From NCBI GenBank assembly GCA_025059805.1, contig JANXDG010000035.1:60842-124841 (forward strand): a DNA stretch of 64,000 nt, written 5' to 3'. How positions within the stretch are numbered: the stretch's first letter is position 1; every line of letters begins with the position of its first letter. The translations under genes were made by a program, and so were the position numbers. The DNA comes from Endomicrobiia bacterium (GTDB taxonomy: Bacteria; Elusimicrobiota; Endomicrobiia; DTEH01). This document shows positions 30,003 to 39,471 of the stretch, one piece after another. The notes below the pieces were generated by a model, which was not told the DNA's origin, made no database searches, and saw nothing but the letters and a program-made list of their open reading frames with translations.

Positions 30003-30368
30003 CTACTTTTTTCTTTCAGAGATACGTGTCAAAATGTTATTCTTTATATAATCAAAATTAAATGGTTTCAGAAGACAATCCATAGCACCATTACGGAACG
30101 CTTCAATAACTTTCTCCGCTTCTTTATACCCTGTAATCATTACGACAGGCAGATTTGTATCAACACTTTTAATTTCTTTTAAAACTTCAATTCCATCACG
30201 TTCAGGAAGTTTGATATCAAGTAACACCAAATCGTATACTTCTTTTGCAATTGATCTTAAACCTTCAATAGAATTTGTAAATACATCTGTTTGATGTCCT
30301 AAGGTAGAAAAAAACGTTTCAAGTAAATCTAATATTTCTTTATCATCATCAATGACTATTATACGCAT
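30003..30368 (-). CDS. Single-domain response regulator receiver
   Basis: IDDD, LLDIKLP..DG, MITG, LLKPF; GAGGTG RBS. Confidence 0.93.
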   Translation of the reverse strand: MRIIVIDDDKEILDLLETFFSTLGHQTDVFTNSIEGLRSIAKEVYDLVLLDIKLPERDGIEVLKEIKSVDTNLPVVMITGYKEAEKVIEAFRNGAMDCLLKPFNFDYIKNNILTRISERKK

Positions 30369-30407
30369 ATATTATCACCTCTCTGTTTTATATAAACTCT
30401 AGCTAAA

Positions 30408-31052
30408 TTATTTTGTTGTTAAAGATTTAATTTTTTCAATGTCCTGTCTTTCTTTTTCCCGTACCGCATCTAAATCTTTTTGTAAATCTTCTTGAACTTT
30501 CTTTACTTGAGATTCTATTATATATTTCTTCAGAAGATTTTCATCGTTCATACGTTGTTTCACCCATTTTTCAACTGTAGCAGAAGAAAGCAGAATTCTT
30601 ACCCAGTACCTCCCAGTAGATTTTTGTATTTTTTCCTGTGTATACCATGGGCCACGAAGTTCAGTATCAACAATGTTTTTCGACATTACCTTCATCTCTT
30701 CAACAGACATCGCTTCATTTACACCCTGTTGTTTATATTCAGACCAATCTGCCATTGTGCGTTTCCATACAGATTCTACTTTTGTCTCTATTTTTCTTGC
30801 AAGATCAGCCAGAGCTGAAGTTAAAGCAGCATCTCTTGCTAACGCTAAATTTGCACGTTTTTCTGAAAAACCTATTCCTGTTATTATTTTACCTTCAATC
30901 TCTTCAGGTAGTGTAACAAATGGTATCGCTTCTTCATAGTCAGCTGCAACTTCTTTTCTTACATCTTTAGGTTTTTTAGGTGCACAAGCAGTATTAACAA
31001 AAACTAAAATTGTTACGATCAACAATATGGTTAAATTTTTTATAATATTCAT
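30408..31052 (-). CDS. Lipoprotein, LPP20-like
   Basis: Basic N-terminus, hydrophobic core, NTA-C lipobox; GIG.S....LARDAA...A..DLA..I...V pattern; GGAGGTG RBS. Confidence 0.65.
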   Translation of the reverse strand: MNIIKNLTILLIVTILVFVNTACAPKKPKDVRKEVAADYEEAIPFVTLPEEIEGKIITGIGFSEKRANLALARDAALTSALADLARKIETKVESVWKRTMADWSEYKQQGVNEAMSVEEMKVMSKNIVDTELRGPWYTQEKIQKSTGRYWVRILLSSATVEKWVKQRMNDENLLKKYIIESQVKKVQEDLQKDLDAVREKERQDIEKIKSLTTK

Positions 31053-31071
31053 AACACCGTATCACCTCCTC

Positions 31072-31464
31072 TTAAAATGGTATTTCTTCATCATTTGGAA
31101 TGTTTTCTTCATCAGCAGGTAATGTTGATTCTTGTTGTGTTGAAACTGATTCTATATTTTTTCGGCTAAGAAACTCTAACGTTGACACAACAACACGTGG
31201 TGTAACATATACACTATTATTTTTCTGTGTTTTTACGAGTTCAAGTCTACCAGTAACAGATATAGCCTTACCTTTTGTAAGATATTTTGCAAGTTTTTCC
31301 GCACGTTCACCCCAAATAATAATATCTACAAATACAGCTGGCCTATCCTCTGGCCGTAAATCCTCTCTCAGCGCTAAAGTCGTGACACAAAATTGTTTAC
31401 CTGTAGAAGTTGTCACAACTTTAGCATCTTTTGCAAGATTACCGGAAAATATTACAAGATTCAT
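31072..31464 (-). CDS. ssb: Single-stranded DNA-binding protein (divergent)
   Basis: MN.V...GNLAKD, WGERAE....YL.KG..I.V.GRL, acidic C-terminal DEEIPF. Confidence 0.88.
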   Translation of the reverse strand: MNLVIFSGNLAKDAKVVTTSTGKQFCVTTLALREDLRPEDRPAVFVDIIIWGERAEKLAKYLTKGKAISVTGRLELVKTQKNNSVYVTPRVVVSTLEFLSRKNIESVSTQQESTLPADEENIPNDEEIPF

Positions 31465-31643
31465 CCTCTATGTCTCCTCCATAAAGATGGTTTAAAAATA
31501 TCAAAAATCACCTTTCGTGAGATATACTGGACAGATATTTTATCTAAAGAACAGTTACTATTCGTCTTATTGGCTAACGAAACTGATACAGTAGATATAT
31601 ATAACAAATACCAGAAAATCAAGATTTTTATCAAAAAATTCAA
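31461..31643 (-). CDS. Hypothetical 60-aa small protein with signal-peptide-like N-terminus
   Basis: Exactly bridges cysE (TTGA overlap) and ssb (ATGA overlap); no family recognised. Confidence 0.35.
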   Translation of the reverse strand: MNFLIKILIFWYLLYISTVSVSLANKTNSNCSLDKISVQYISRKVIFDIFKPSLWRRHRG

Positions 31644-32380
31644 CTTTTGTCGTTTTCCAATGATTTGTCCTCAAACATTTTTTCAATTTCTTTCTTTTTC
31701 TGCTCAAAATAATCATCAATTTGTGTTGTTATACCTTCCAGTGTTTCAATTTTTCGTAAACGATCCTCTAATCTATTAATTTCCTTTATAAGGAATTCAA
31801 AACCCTCTGCTATAGGATCTGGTAGTTTATTATGTTCTAACATCTCTATTTGTTCTGCTGTAAATCCTAAACTTATCCTGCCAGGGACACCTACAACCGT
31901 AGCACCAGATGGAACATCTCTCAACACTACCGAACCTGCACCTATTCTTGCATTATCACCAATTTTTATATTGCCTAAAACTATTGCACCAGCTCCTATC
32001 ACAACATTGTTTCCTACCGTAGGATGACGTTTACCTTTCGTTAATGATACACCTCCTAAAACTACTCCTTGGTATATTAAAACATCATCACCAATTTCTG
32101 CTGTTTCGCCTATTACAACACCCATACCGTGGTCAATAAAAAATCTACGTCCTATTTTTGCACCTGGATGTATCTCTATACCAGTCAAAAACCTACCGAT
32201 ATGAGAAATAATTCGCGCAGTCAAAAATAATTTTCTGTTATAAAACCAATGCGCAATTCTATATATCCACAATGCATGTAATCCTGGATAACAAAGTATA
32301 ACCTCAAAAATACTCTTCGCAGCAGGATCTTTTTTAATTACAGTATCAATATCTTCTTTCAATACTTTGAGAAATTTCAT
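31640..32380 (-). CDS. cysE: Serine O-acetyltransferase
   Basis: [38 protein letters not shown], hexapeptide repeats. Confidence 0.96.
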   Translation of the reverse strand: MKFLKVLKEDIDTVIKKDPAAKSIFEVILCYPGLHALWIYRIAHWFYNRKLFLTARIISHIGRFLTGIEIHPGAKIGRRFFIDHGMGVVIGETAEIGDDVLIYQGVVLGGVSLTKGKRHPTVGNNVVIGAGAIVLGNIKIGDNARIGAGSVVLRDVPSGATVVGVPGRISLGFTAEQIEMLEHNKLPDPIAEGFEFLIKEINRLEDRLRKIETLEGITTQIDDYFEQKKKEIEKMFEDKSLENDKS

Positions 32381-32393
32381 AACACATTTTCGC

Positions 32394-33008
32394 CTATTCT
32401 AGTAGCTGTTTTATTCTCATAAGTTGAGTAATGTTTGTTCTTTCAAATTCGTTAAGTTTGTCAATAATAAATCTGATATTTTGTCTTATCTGAGGAATGA
32501 TAACATACTCTAAACCGTTAACTCTTCTACGTGTTGTTTGTAATTCTTTTGCTAATAGTTCACATAATGTTTCCAGGTTTGTAAGTTCTAAAATGAGATT
32601 GAATAATGTAATTAGCTTTGATGTTACAAAATTTAGGTATGGATTTACAATTATAATTTTTTTAAATTTATCTATTTGTGCTAACTTACATTTTTCGTAT
32701 CTTACGTTAAACCTTGACTCTAAAACAAAATCTACTTCAAATCTTAACTCTTGTGAAAGATTTTCAAGATAAGTTTCTAACATTTCATTTGATGTTGTAA
32801 TTAATACTTCTTTAATATAGGTATAAATTGTGAGTAGTTCTGTTTCCAACTTAGATCTTATTTCTAAAAGATTCGTTATTAAGTTATTAAATTCCTTAGT
32901 TAGCTGTTCCTGTTTATCTTTTAGAAGTTTGTGACCACGCAGTGCAAACTTAAGTCTCCGACGTAGTTTCAACAGGTTCATCCTGTTAGGGTTAACTTTA
33001 ATTTTCAT
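32394..33008 (-). CDS. ntpD: V/A-type ATP synthase subunit D
   Basis: NPNRMNL..L...[11 protein letters not shown] and [14 protein letters not shown]. Confidence 0.88.
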   Translation of the reverse strand: MKIKVNPNRMNLLKLRRRLKFALRGHKLLKDKQEQLTKEFNNLITNLLEIRSKLETELLTIYTYIKEVLITTSNEMLETYLENLSQELRFEVDFVLESRFNVRYEKCKLAQIDKFKKIIIVNPYLNFVTSKLITLFNLILELTNLETLCELLAKELQTTRRRVNGLEYVIIPQIRQNIRFIIDKLNEFERTNITQLMRIKQLLE

Positions 33009-33120
33009 AGTCTTAATACCGGGTTGAAAAATTAAAAATTAATAACAATTGATAATTTATATCAAAAATTTGTAACTAAATCAATATATATTTAACCGTA
33101 ACACAGTAGGTGTATTTAAT

Positions 33121-34053
33121 ATGGAAAAATTTCTATTTTCATCCTTAAAGGTTTTTTTATGGATTACAATAGGTGCGGTTATTAAATTAATATTTAACCA
33201 CTTAGAATTACCTAACTTTAAAAAAACATTGAAATACACAACAGAATTTATCGTAACTTTCATTGTTCCCTATTTTGTTGGTATACGAATCTGGCTATTT
33301 GGTATTGAAAAAACAGTTTTATCAATTACTATTCTATGGTTTGTTGTAACCCTTATTATATCTTATCTAATAACGAAATTCATAATCAAAAGATGGGATT
33401 ATACATTCAAAGAAGTCTTTTTACCATTAGCATTTACTAACAGCTTATATCTTGGGATACCAGTAACACAATATTTTGTATCAGAGAATGCAGTATATTA
33501 CACTATTATATATGTAGTAGTAGCCACATTGACACAGTTTACTTTTGGAGTATATATCTTATCTTCGTCAACCAAATTCTTTAGGATTATTTTGTCAACA
33601 CCAATAATTTATTTTTCTATAATAGGTTATTCCCTAAGCATATATCAGGTTCAAACACCTGCTATGTTAAAAACTGTAAATAACATCATCTCAAGTATCA
33701 TATCTCCCCTTATGTTGATATTTGTAGGATTTTCTTTTCAATGGGAATACATATTAGAAAAAGTAAGATTACATATATTTCTTAACATCGCTCGTATTAT
33801 GATAATTTTTACAACATCTATTGTATTTATTTTAGTTTTAAAAACCTTTTTAGAACTTAATAAGGAATTTGTAAAAGCTATAGTATTAGTTTCGCTTCTA
33901 CCTTCAGCAATTGCCAATTATGTTTTAGCAGAAAAGTTTAATGTAGATACAAAATTTGTCTCTGGAGAGATTTTCTGGGGTACGATTTTAGTATTATTTT
34001 TGTTGCCTTATATCGCAGAATTATTAGAGATTTTATTGCTTTTTACGATGTAA
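33121..34053 (+). CDS. AEC (auxin efflux carrier) family transporter
   Basis: About 10 TM helices; FTNSLYLGIPV, PLMLIFVG, LPSAIANYVLAEKF. Confidence 0.82.
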   Translation: MEKFLFSSLKVFLWITIGAVIKLIFNHLELPNFKKTLKYTTEFIVTFIVPYFVGIRIWLFGIEKTVLSITILWFVVTLIISYLITKFIIKRWDYTFKEVFLPLAFTNSLYLGIPVTQYFVSENAVYYTIIYVVVATLTQFTFGVYILSSSTKFFRIILSTPIIYFSIIGYSLSIYQVQTPAMLKTVNNIISSIISPLMLIFVGFSFQWEYILEKVRLHIFLNIARIMIIFTTSIVFILVLKTFLELNKEFVKAIVLVSLLPSAIANYVLAEKFNVDTKFVSGEIFWGTILVLFLLPYIAELLEILLLFTM

Positions 34054-34070
34054 AAAATTTATTACGATAT

Positions 34071-34478
34071 TCACATCCGGCGAGAAATAACACCTGGCAT
34101 CTCTTTATCTAACTCTATAACCTTTGTTTTTTCTGAAGTCATCACACAATGACCTTCAAAAATTGCACCTTCTCCAATAGCAAGTGAGGACGTATGTATA
34201 TCACCTAACAGTTGTGCACCTGGCTGTAACTCTATACTTTCTAATGCTGTTATATTGCCCGTTACCTTACCACCTATAATCACTGAGTGTGCTGTCATAT
34301 CACCTTGAACAAAACCTTTAATTCCAACAATTACCTGAGATGCTTCTATTATGTTACCTTCCAATCTTCCATCTACACGGACAGAACCTTTAGATTTTAT
34401 AGTTCCCTGGAAAACTGTATTTTCACCAATAATAGTTTCAACTTCTTTAACTGTTGAACTTTGTTTTTTCCCAAACAT
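34071..34478 (-). CDS. Bactofilin (polymer-forming cytoskeletal protein)
   Basis: TIIG....F.G.I, VRVDG..EGNI, V.G.I.A, GDI....L.I.EGA.FEG.C.M; N-terminal MFGKK. Confidence 0.93.
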   Translation of the reverse strand: MFGKKQSSTVKEVETIIGENTVFQGTIKSKGSVRVDGRLEGNIIEASQVIVGIKGFVQGDMTAHSVIIGGKVTGNITALESIELQPGAQLLGDIHTSSLAIGEGAIFEGHCVMTSEKTKVIELDKEMPGVISRRM

Positions 34479-34501
34479 TTCTTAAACTCCTTTCCAAAAA
34501 A

Positions 34502-35455
34502 TCATCCTTTAAAGAAATCTTCTGGGTTAACGAATTTTATCGGGTTACAAATTTTATCATTTCTCCATACCTCATAATGTAGATGTGGTCCTGTAGAGGT
34601 ACCTGTATCGCCCATTAAACCAATAACTTCATTACGAGAAACTGTCTGCCCAATTTTAACTTTGATCACTGAAAGATGGCCATATACAGTATAATAACCA
34701 AATTTGTGTTCTATAACAACAGCTTTACCATATCCTTCTTGCCATCCTGCATATTTTACTATACCATTAGCTGTGGCCCGTATTGGTGTTCCCATTTCAT
34801 TTGCGATATCAATTCCAGTATGAAAATGTTCCTGACCATAAATAGGATGTATTCTCCACCCGAACGGTGATACTACCCTGCCAAAACATGGCCATATCAG
34901 TGGTGTATATTTATATAACTCTTTCTGTAATTTTATATAGTTTATAATTTCATTATAACTTTCAATCTGTTGTTGAACTTTATTCTTTATTAACTCAAAA
35001 TGTTGCTTATAATCCATAATATTTACTTCTTGTGGAGTTTTAGCAATATTAACTAAAAAATTTGCCTGCGATATAAACGGTCCACCTTTACCAATGTCCT
35101 CAGGTGAGTTTAGTATAACATCTTTTTTTGACTTCATATTTAGAAGTTTACGTAAGACACGGTCATTCTCTTCAACTTTAGCAAGTAATTCCCAAGTTTT
35201 TGATAATTCCTTGTTGACAAATTCATATTTTGTACCCAACACTGCTATTCTTAATTTTGCAGACCAATAATCAAAGTTCTTTGTAGCAAGATATACCGTC
35301 ACACCTGTAAAAACTGTCCATAAAACAAAAACTGTAACAAGGAAAAGAATTGAGAAATGTTTTTTTACAGGTCCTTGAGTACCATGAAAGACAAACATCA
35401 AGGTAACCTTTTGCGAAAGTATTTTTTTAATTCGTCTGAAAAGTGGATATTTCAT
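34502..35455 (-). CDS. Membrane-anchored M23 family peptidoglycan endopeptidase
   Basis: TM helix, coiled coil, HTGIDIA, YGHLS, STGPHLHYEV. Confidence 0.92.
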   Translation of the reverse strand: MKYPLFRRIKKILSQKVTLMFVFHGTQGPVKKHFSILFLVTVFVLWTVFTGVTVYLATKNFDYWSAKLRIAVLGTKYEFVNKELSKTWELLAKVEENDRVLRKLLNMKSKKDVILNSPEDIGKGGPFISQANFLVNIAKTPQEVNIMDYKQHFELIKNKVQQQIESYNEIINYIKLQKELYKYTPLIWPCFGRVVSPFGWRIHPIYGQEHFHTGIDIANEMGTPIRATANGIVKYAGWQEGYGKAVVIEHKFGYYTVYGHLSVIKVKIGQTVSRNEVIGLMGDTGTSTGPHLHYEVWRNDKICNPIKFVNPEDFFKG

Positions 35456-35478
35456 TCCAACTTTTAGCTCCTAATATA

Positions 35479-35509
35479 ATTATATATACAAGATTTCTAT
35501 TTTTGTCAA
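35479..35509 (-). promoter_or_regulatory. Putative promoter for the M23-bactofilin pair
   Basis: Minus strand TTGACA then TATATA at 17 nt or TATAAT at 19 nt, followed by an AGGAG RBS. Confidence 0.45.
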
Positions 35510-35519
35510 CATAAAACCA

Positions 35520-36056
35520 TTATGTTTCTACAGTCCAAATTTTATTACCATTGGTATCAATAGCAACTATTGAAGGGAAATCAGAAACATAAAACTTATA
35601 CATTGCTTCAGGGCCAAGGTCAGAAAAAGCAACTAATTCATAATTCTTTACATATTTATTTAGTAGTGCACCACACCCACCGTATGTTATTGCGTATATT
35701 GCAGCAAATTTCTTGCAAAGTTCAACAACTTTTGAACTTCTATAACCCTTCCCAATCATTATACGGAAACCAATAGATAAAACCGTTTCAGTATATTCAT
35801 CCATACGATATGCCGATGTTGGTCCACAGGAACCAATAACAAAATTATTTTTTGGTGGTGTTGCAGCACAGTAATAAACCGCCGAATTGTGAAAATTGAT
35901 TTTTAATGTATCTGGTAGCTCACCATTATGAATTTTCTTATGTACTTGATCTCTAAATACATAAATCTCTCCTGATAACAACAATCTATCCCCAACATTT
36001 AACTGTTTAAGTATCCAAGTGTCATTCAATGGAACAATAACTTTATATTCTTTCAT
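35520..36056 (-). CDS. Class I fumarate/tartrate hydratase, beta subunit
   Basis: GD...LSG....RDQVHK, GS.GPT...RMD.Y, MIGKG, DLGPEA, D..G. Confidence 0.88.
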   Translation of the reverse strand: MKEYKVIVPLNDTWILKQLNVGDRLLLSGEIYVFRDQVHKKIHNGELPDTLKINFHNSAVYYCAATPPKNNFVIGSCGPTSAYRMDEYTETVLSIGFRIMIGKGYRSSKVVELCKKFAAIYAITYGGCGALLNKYVKNYELVAFSDLGPEAMYKFYVSDFPSIVAIDTNGNKIWTVET

Positions 36057-36898
36057 AACACGACAGTATGTTTTCTATACGAATGACATTGTAAAACTAT
36101 ACTTACTGGAAGCGTAGCGATATGTGTTGGCGCTGCTTCTATAAAAACATCTAACACTGAAGTTTTACCACCTAAACCAAGTGGTCCTATGCCAGAATTG
36201 TTAACAGCGTCTTTAATCTGTTTTTCAATTTCAGCATAAAATAAATCTTTATTTCTTATACCGATTGTTCTAAGTAAAGATTTTTTTGCCAAAATCATAC
36301 TTTCTTCTATTACACCGCCTACTCCTATACCAACAATTACTGGTGGACATGTATATGGTAGAAGTTTAATTATTGTTTCTGTGATGTATGTAATTATTTC
36401 TTCTTTATTAGTTGTTGGAAGGAAATTTGTAAACACTGAAGTGTTTTCTGAACCACCTCCTCGGATCAACACGCTTATCTTACATCGTCTATCTAATTCA
36501 TCTTTATTAAGACACTGTATATATACACTGCCGAAATGAAGTTTCCCGGTTCGTTTTAACGGATCTACTACACAGGAACAACGAAGTTTTTCATTTTCAT
36601 AAACCTCTGCTGTTATATTTTGCACTGTAGCATTAATATCAAAATTTAAACATACATCTTTACCAATATCTACAAAAAACTGTGGTATTCCGGTATCCTG
36701 ACATAAAGGCAATTTTGTTATTGACGAAATTTCAGCATTATTTAGTATTTTAAGCAGTACATCTTTTGCGACTAGATTTACTTCTGTTTCTATAGCAGTT
36801 TTTATTGCTTGCAGGAAATCTTCAGGTAGAAAGTAATTAGCGTGAACTAATAACGTTCTTATTGCTGATACAAATTGTTCCTTAGTTATTTCCCTCAT
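36053..36898 (-). CDS. Class I fumarate/tartrate hydratase, alpha (Fe-S) subunit
   Basis: PLCQDTG, GGGSEN, CPP..VG.G.GG, GIGPLGLGG, HIA.LPV, QCH..R. Confidence 0.9.
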   Translation of the reverse strand: MREITKEQFVSAIRTLLVHANYFLPEDFLQAIKTAIETEVNLVAKDVLLKILNNAEISSITKLPLCQDTGIPQFFVDIGKDVCLNFDINATVQNITAEVYENEKLRCSCVVDPLKRTGKLHFGSVYIQCLNKDELDRRCKISVLIRGGGSENTSVFTNFLPTTNKEEIITYITETIIKLLPYTCPPVIVGIGVGGVIEESMILAKKSLLRTIGIRNKDLFYAEIEKQIKDAVNNSGIGPLGLGGKTSVLDVFIEAAPTHIATLPVSIVLQCHSYRKHTVVL

Positions 36899-36909
36899 TA
36901 AAGATTTTT

Positions 36910-37395
36910 TTAACCACGAGCGATTGCTATAACACCAGTTCTTACAAGTTCTTTAATCCCGTAAGGTTTAAGAAGATTAATAAATGCTACAAGTTTATCC
37001 TCATCACCAGTGATTTCCAGTACTAAGTTTTGATGAGAAACATCAACAATTTTTGCACGGAAAATTTCTGCAATTTCTATAATTTCAGCACGAGTTTTGT
37101 TTGTTGCATTTACCTTTACAAGGATAAGGTCGCGCTCTATATGGTCAACTTTTGAAAATTCATAAACTTTTATCACATCAATAAGTTTATTAAGTTGTTT
37201 CTCAACTTGTTCTAAAATTTTTTCATCACCACGGACAATTATCGTCATTCTTGATATATCAGGATTTTCAGTTTCACCCACTGCTAGTGAGTCAATATTA
37301 TAACCTCTTGCAGCAAAAAGTGTTGCTATGCGTGCAAGTACACCTGGTTTGTTATACACCAACGCTGATATTATATGTCGTTTTGTCTCCGTCAT
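36910..37395 (-). CDS. ilvN: Acetolactate synthase small subunit
   Basis: NKPGVLARI..LF..RGYNIDSL, KQLNKLIDV, ELVRTG. Confidence 0.96.
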   Translation of the reverse strand: MTETKRHIISALVYNKPGVLARIATLFAARGYNIDSLAVGETENPDISRMTIIVRGDEKILEQVEKQLNKLIDVIKVYEFSKVDHIERDLILVKVNATNKTRAEIIEIAEIFRAKIVDVSHQNLVLEITGDEDKLVAFINLLKPYGIKELVRTGVIAIARG

Positions 37396-37707
37396 ATATT
37401 ATCTCCTATAATTTTGTGAATATTTCATAAATTTTTTTCTCTATTAACAAAAAATGTATTTCTGTTTCTCTCTCAATTTCTCTAATTAAAGTAATATATT
37501 CCAATATGTTTAATATTCTGAAAATAGTGTAATTATAACTTTTTATAGAAATCGTCAAACTTTTTTATTTCTAAAAACTGTTTTTGAGCATCATAAATCT
37601 CATTAGGAATTTGTAAAATTGAACAACTTCATTTAATCTCACTATGTTGTTGCAAGATTTTGTTTAACGTTTGTGTTATTTACATAAAAAGCTAAACAGT
37701 AGTTTCT

Positions 37708-39438
37708 CTATGCTAAACTTGTGATAACTTCATCCAGTGCAGCACCTGCAGGTACCATTGGAAAAACATTTTCTTCTTCTTCAATCCAAAAATCAATAAT
37801 TACAGGTTTATCTTCTATTTCAAACGCTTTCTTTAAAACTGATCCCACATCATCTTTTTTCGTAACACGATATCCTTCAGCTTTGTACGCTCGTGCAACT
37901 TCTACAAAATCTGGTACAGGTTCACATTCTACCCTGCCAAGTTTTTTAGTGCAGAGATAAGTTTGAGAATATCGTTTATTATAGAATAACTCTTGCCATT
38001 GACGTACCATTCCAAGATAACCATTGTTCATTATACAGACAATAACATTAACTTTGTTAATAACAGCAGTTGCAAGTTCTTGTATGTTCATTTGAAACGA
38101 ACCATCTCCTGCAATGACAACAACTTTTTCCTCTGGCTTGCCTAACTTTGCACCAATACCTGCAGGGAAACCATAACCCATTGTACCTAACCCACCTGAA
38201 GATAAAAATTTCCTAGGACCATTTGGTTTATAATACTGTGCAGCCCACATTTGGTTCTGCCCTACTTCAGTCACAACAATTGCATCACCTTTTGTAATTT
38301 TGGTTATTTCCTCAATAATATACTGAGGTCGCAGTTTCTCATCATTTTTGTATTTCATTGGATATTTTTCTTTCCATTCTTTTATTTGTTTTAACCATTC
38401 TATATGTTTTTTTGGTTTGACAAGTTTCAGAAGATCCTGTAATACAAGTTTGCAATCACCAACAACTGGTATGTCAGCAGTTACATTTTTAGATATACTT
38501 GTTGGATCAATATCAATATGTGCAATATGTTCAGCTTTAGGTGCAAACGATGCAAGTTTACCTGTACACCTATCATCAAACCGTGCCCCAACAGCAATTA
38601 TTAAGTCTGCATTTTGCATTGTCAGGTTTGCATAAACAGTCCCATGCATACCTAACATCCCTAAATATAGTTCATGGTCGCAAGGAAAAACACCTATGGC
38701 CATTAAAGTTGTCGTGACAGGTATATGACAGGTTTCTGCAAGTTCTCTTAGTTCTTCTGACGCGCCTGAAATCACAGCACCACCACCAACATACAAGACT
38801 GGTTGTTTCGCATTATTTATCGCATCAGCTAATTTTTTTATTTGTAACGGATGTCCTTTATATGTAGGTTTGTATGACAGAAGATCAACTTTTGACGGCC
38901 AAATAAATTCTGTCTTTGCACGTTGGATATCAACAGGGATATCAATTAATACAGGACCCGGCCTTCCCGTAGAAGCTATGTAAAACGCTTCTCTGATAAT
39001 TTTTGCAAGATCTTTTACATCTTTCACAAGGTAGTTATGTTTAGTGATAGGTCTTGTTATACCTGTTGTATCTGCCTCTTGGAACGCATCGTTACCAACA
39101 AGATGTGTAGCAACTTGTCCTGTGAAAGCAACTATCGGTACTGAATCCATATAAGCTGTAGCTATCCCTGTGGTAAGATTTGTCGCACCGGGACCCGAAG
39201 TTGCAATACATACACCTACTTTACCGGTAGCACGAGCGTAACCATCTGCCATATGTGCTGCACCTTGTTCATGTCTTGTAAGTATAAATTTTATTTTTTT
39301 GGAGTCATATATTTTATCAAATATAGGCAATACAGCACCGCCTGGAATACCAAATATTATCTCTACACCTTCTTTCTCCAAGGATTCTATAAAAATCTCA
39401 GCACCAGTTTTTTCAATGGATAAAGTTTTCCTTGTCAT
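37708..39438 (-). CDS. ilvB: Acetolactate synthase large subunit
   Basis: RHEQGAAHMADGYAR, TSGPGATN, AFQE, GMHG, RFDDR, GDGSFQM, GMVRQWQ. Confidence 0.97.
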   Translation of the reverse strand: MTRKTLSIEKTGAEIFIESLEKEGVEIIFGIPGGAVLPIFDKIYDSKKIKFILTRHEQGAAHMADGYARATGKVGVCIATSGPGATNLTTGIATAYMDSVPIVAFTGQVATHLVGNDAFQEADTTGITRPITKHNYLVKDVKDLAKIIREAFYIASTGRPGPVLIDIPVDIQRAKTEFIWPSKVDLLSYKPTYKGHPLQIKKLADAINNAKQPVLYVGGGAVISGASEELRELAETCHIPVTTTLMAIGVFPCDHELYLGMLGMHGTVYANLTMQNADLIIAVGARFDDRCTGKLASFAPKAEHIAHIDIDPTSISKNVTADIPVVGDCKLVLQDLLKLVKPKKHIEWLKQIKEWKEKYPMKYKNDEKLRPQYIIEEITKITKGDAIVVTEVGQNQMWAAQYYKPNGPRKFLSSGGLGTMGYGFPAGIGAKLGKPEEKVVVIAGDGSFQMNIQELATAVINKVNVIVCIMNNGYLGMVRQWQELFYNKRYSQTYLCTKKLGRVECEPVPDFVEVARAYKAEGYRVTKKDDVGSVLKKAFEIEDKPVIIDFWIEEEENVFPMVPAGAALDEVITSLA

Positions 39439-39471
39439 TTTTCAAATTCACTCCTTACTCAAAGGATAATT

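Noticed and set aside
33081-33263. 60-aa minus-strand ORF upstream of the ATPase D gene
   Set aside because: Mostly antisense to the AEC transporter start; no RBS or motif.
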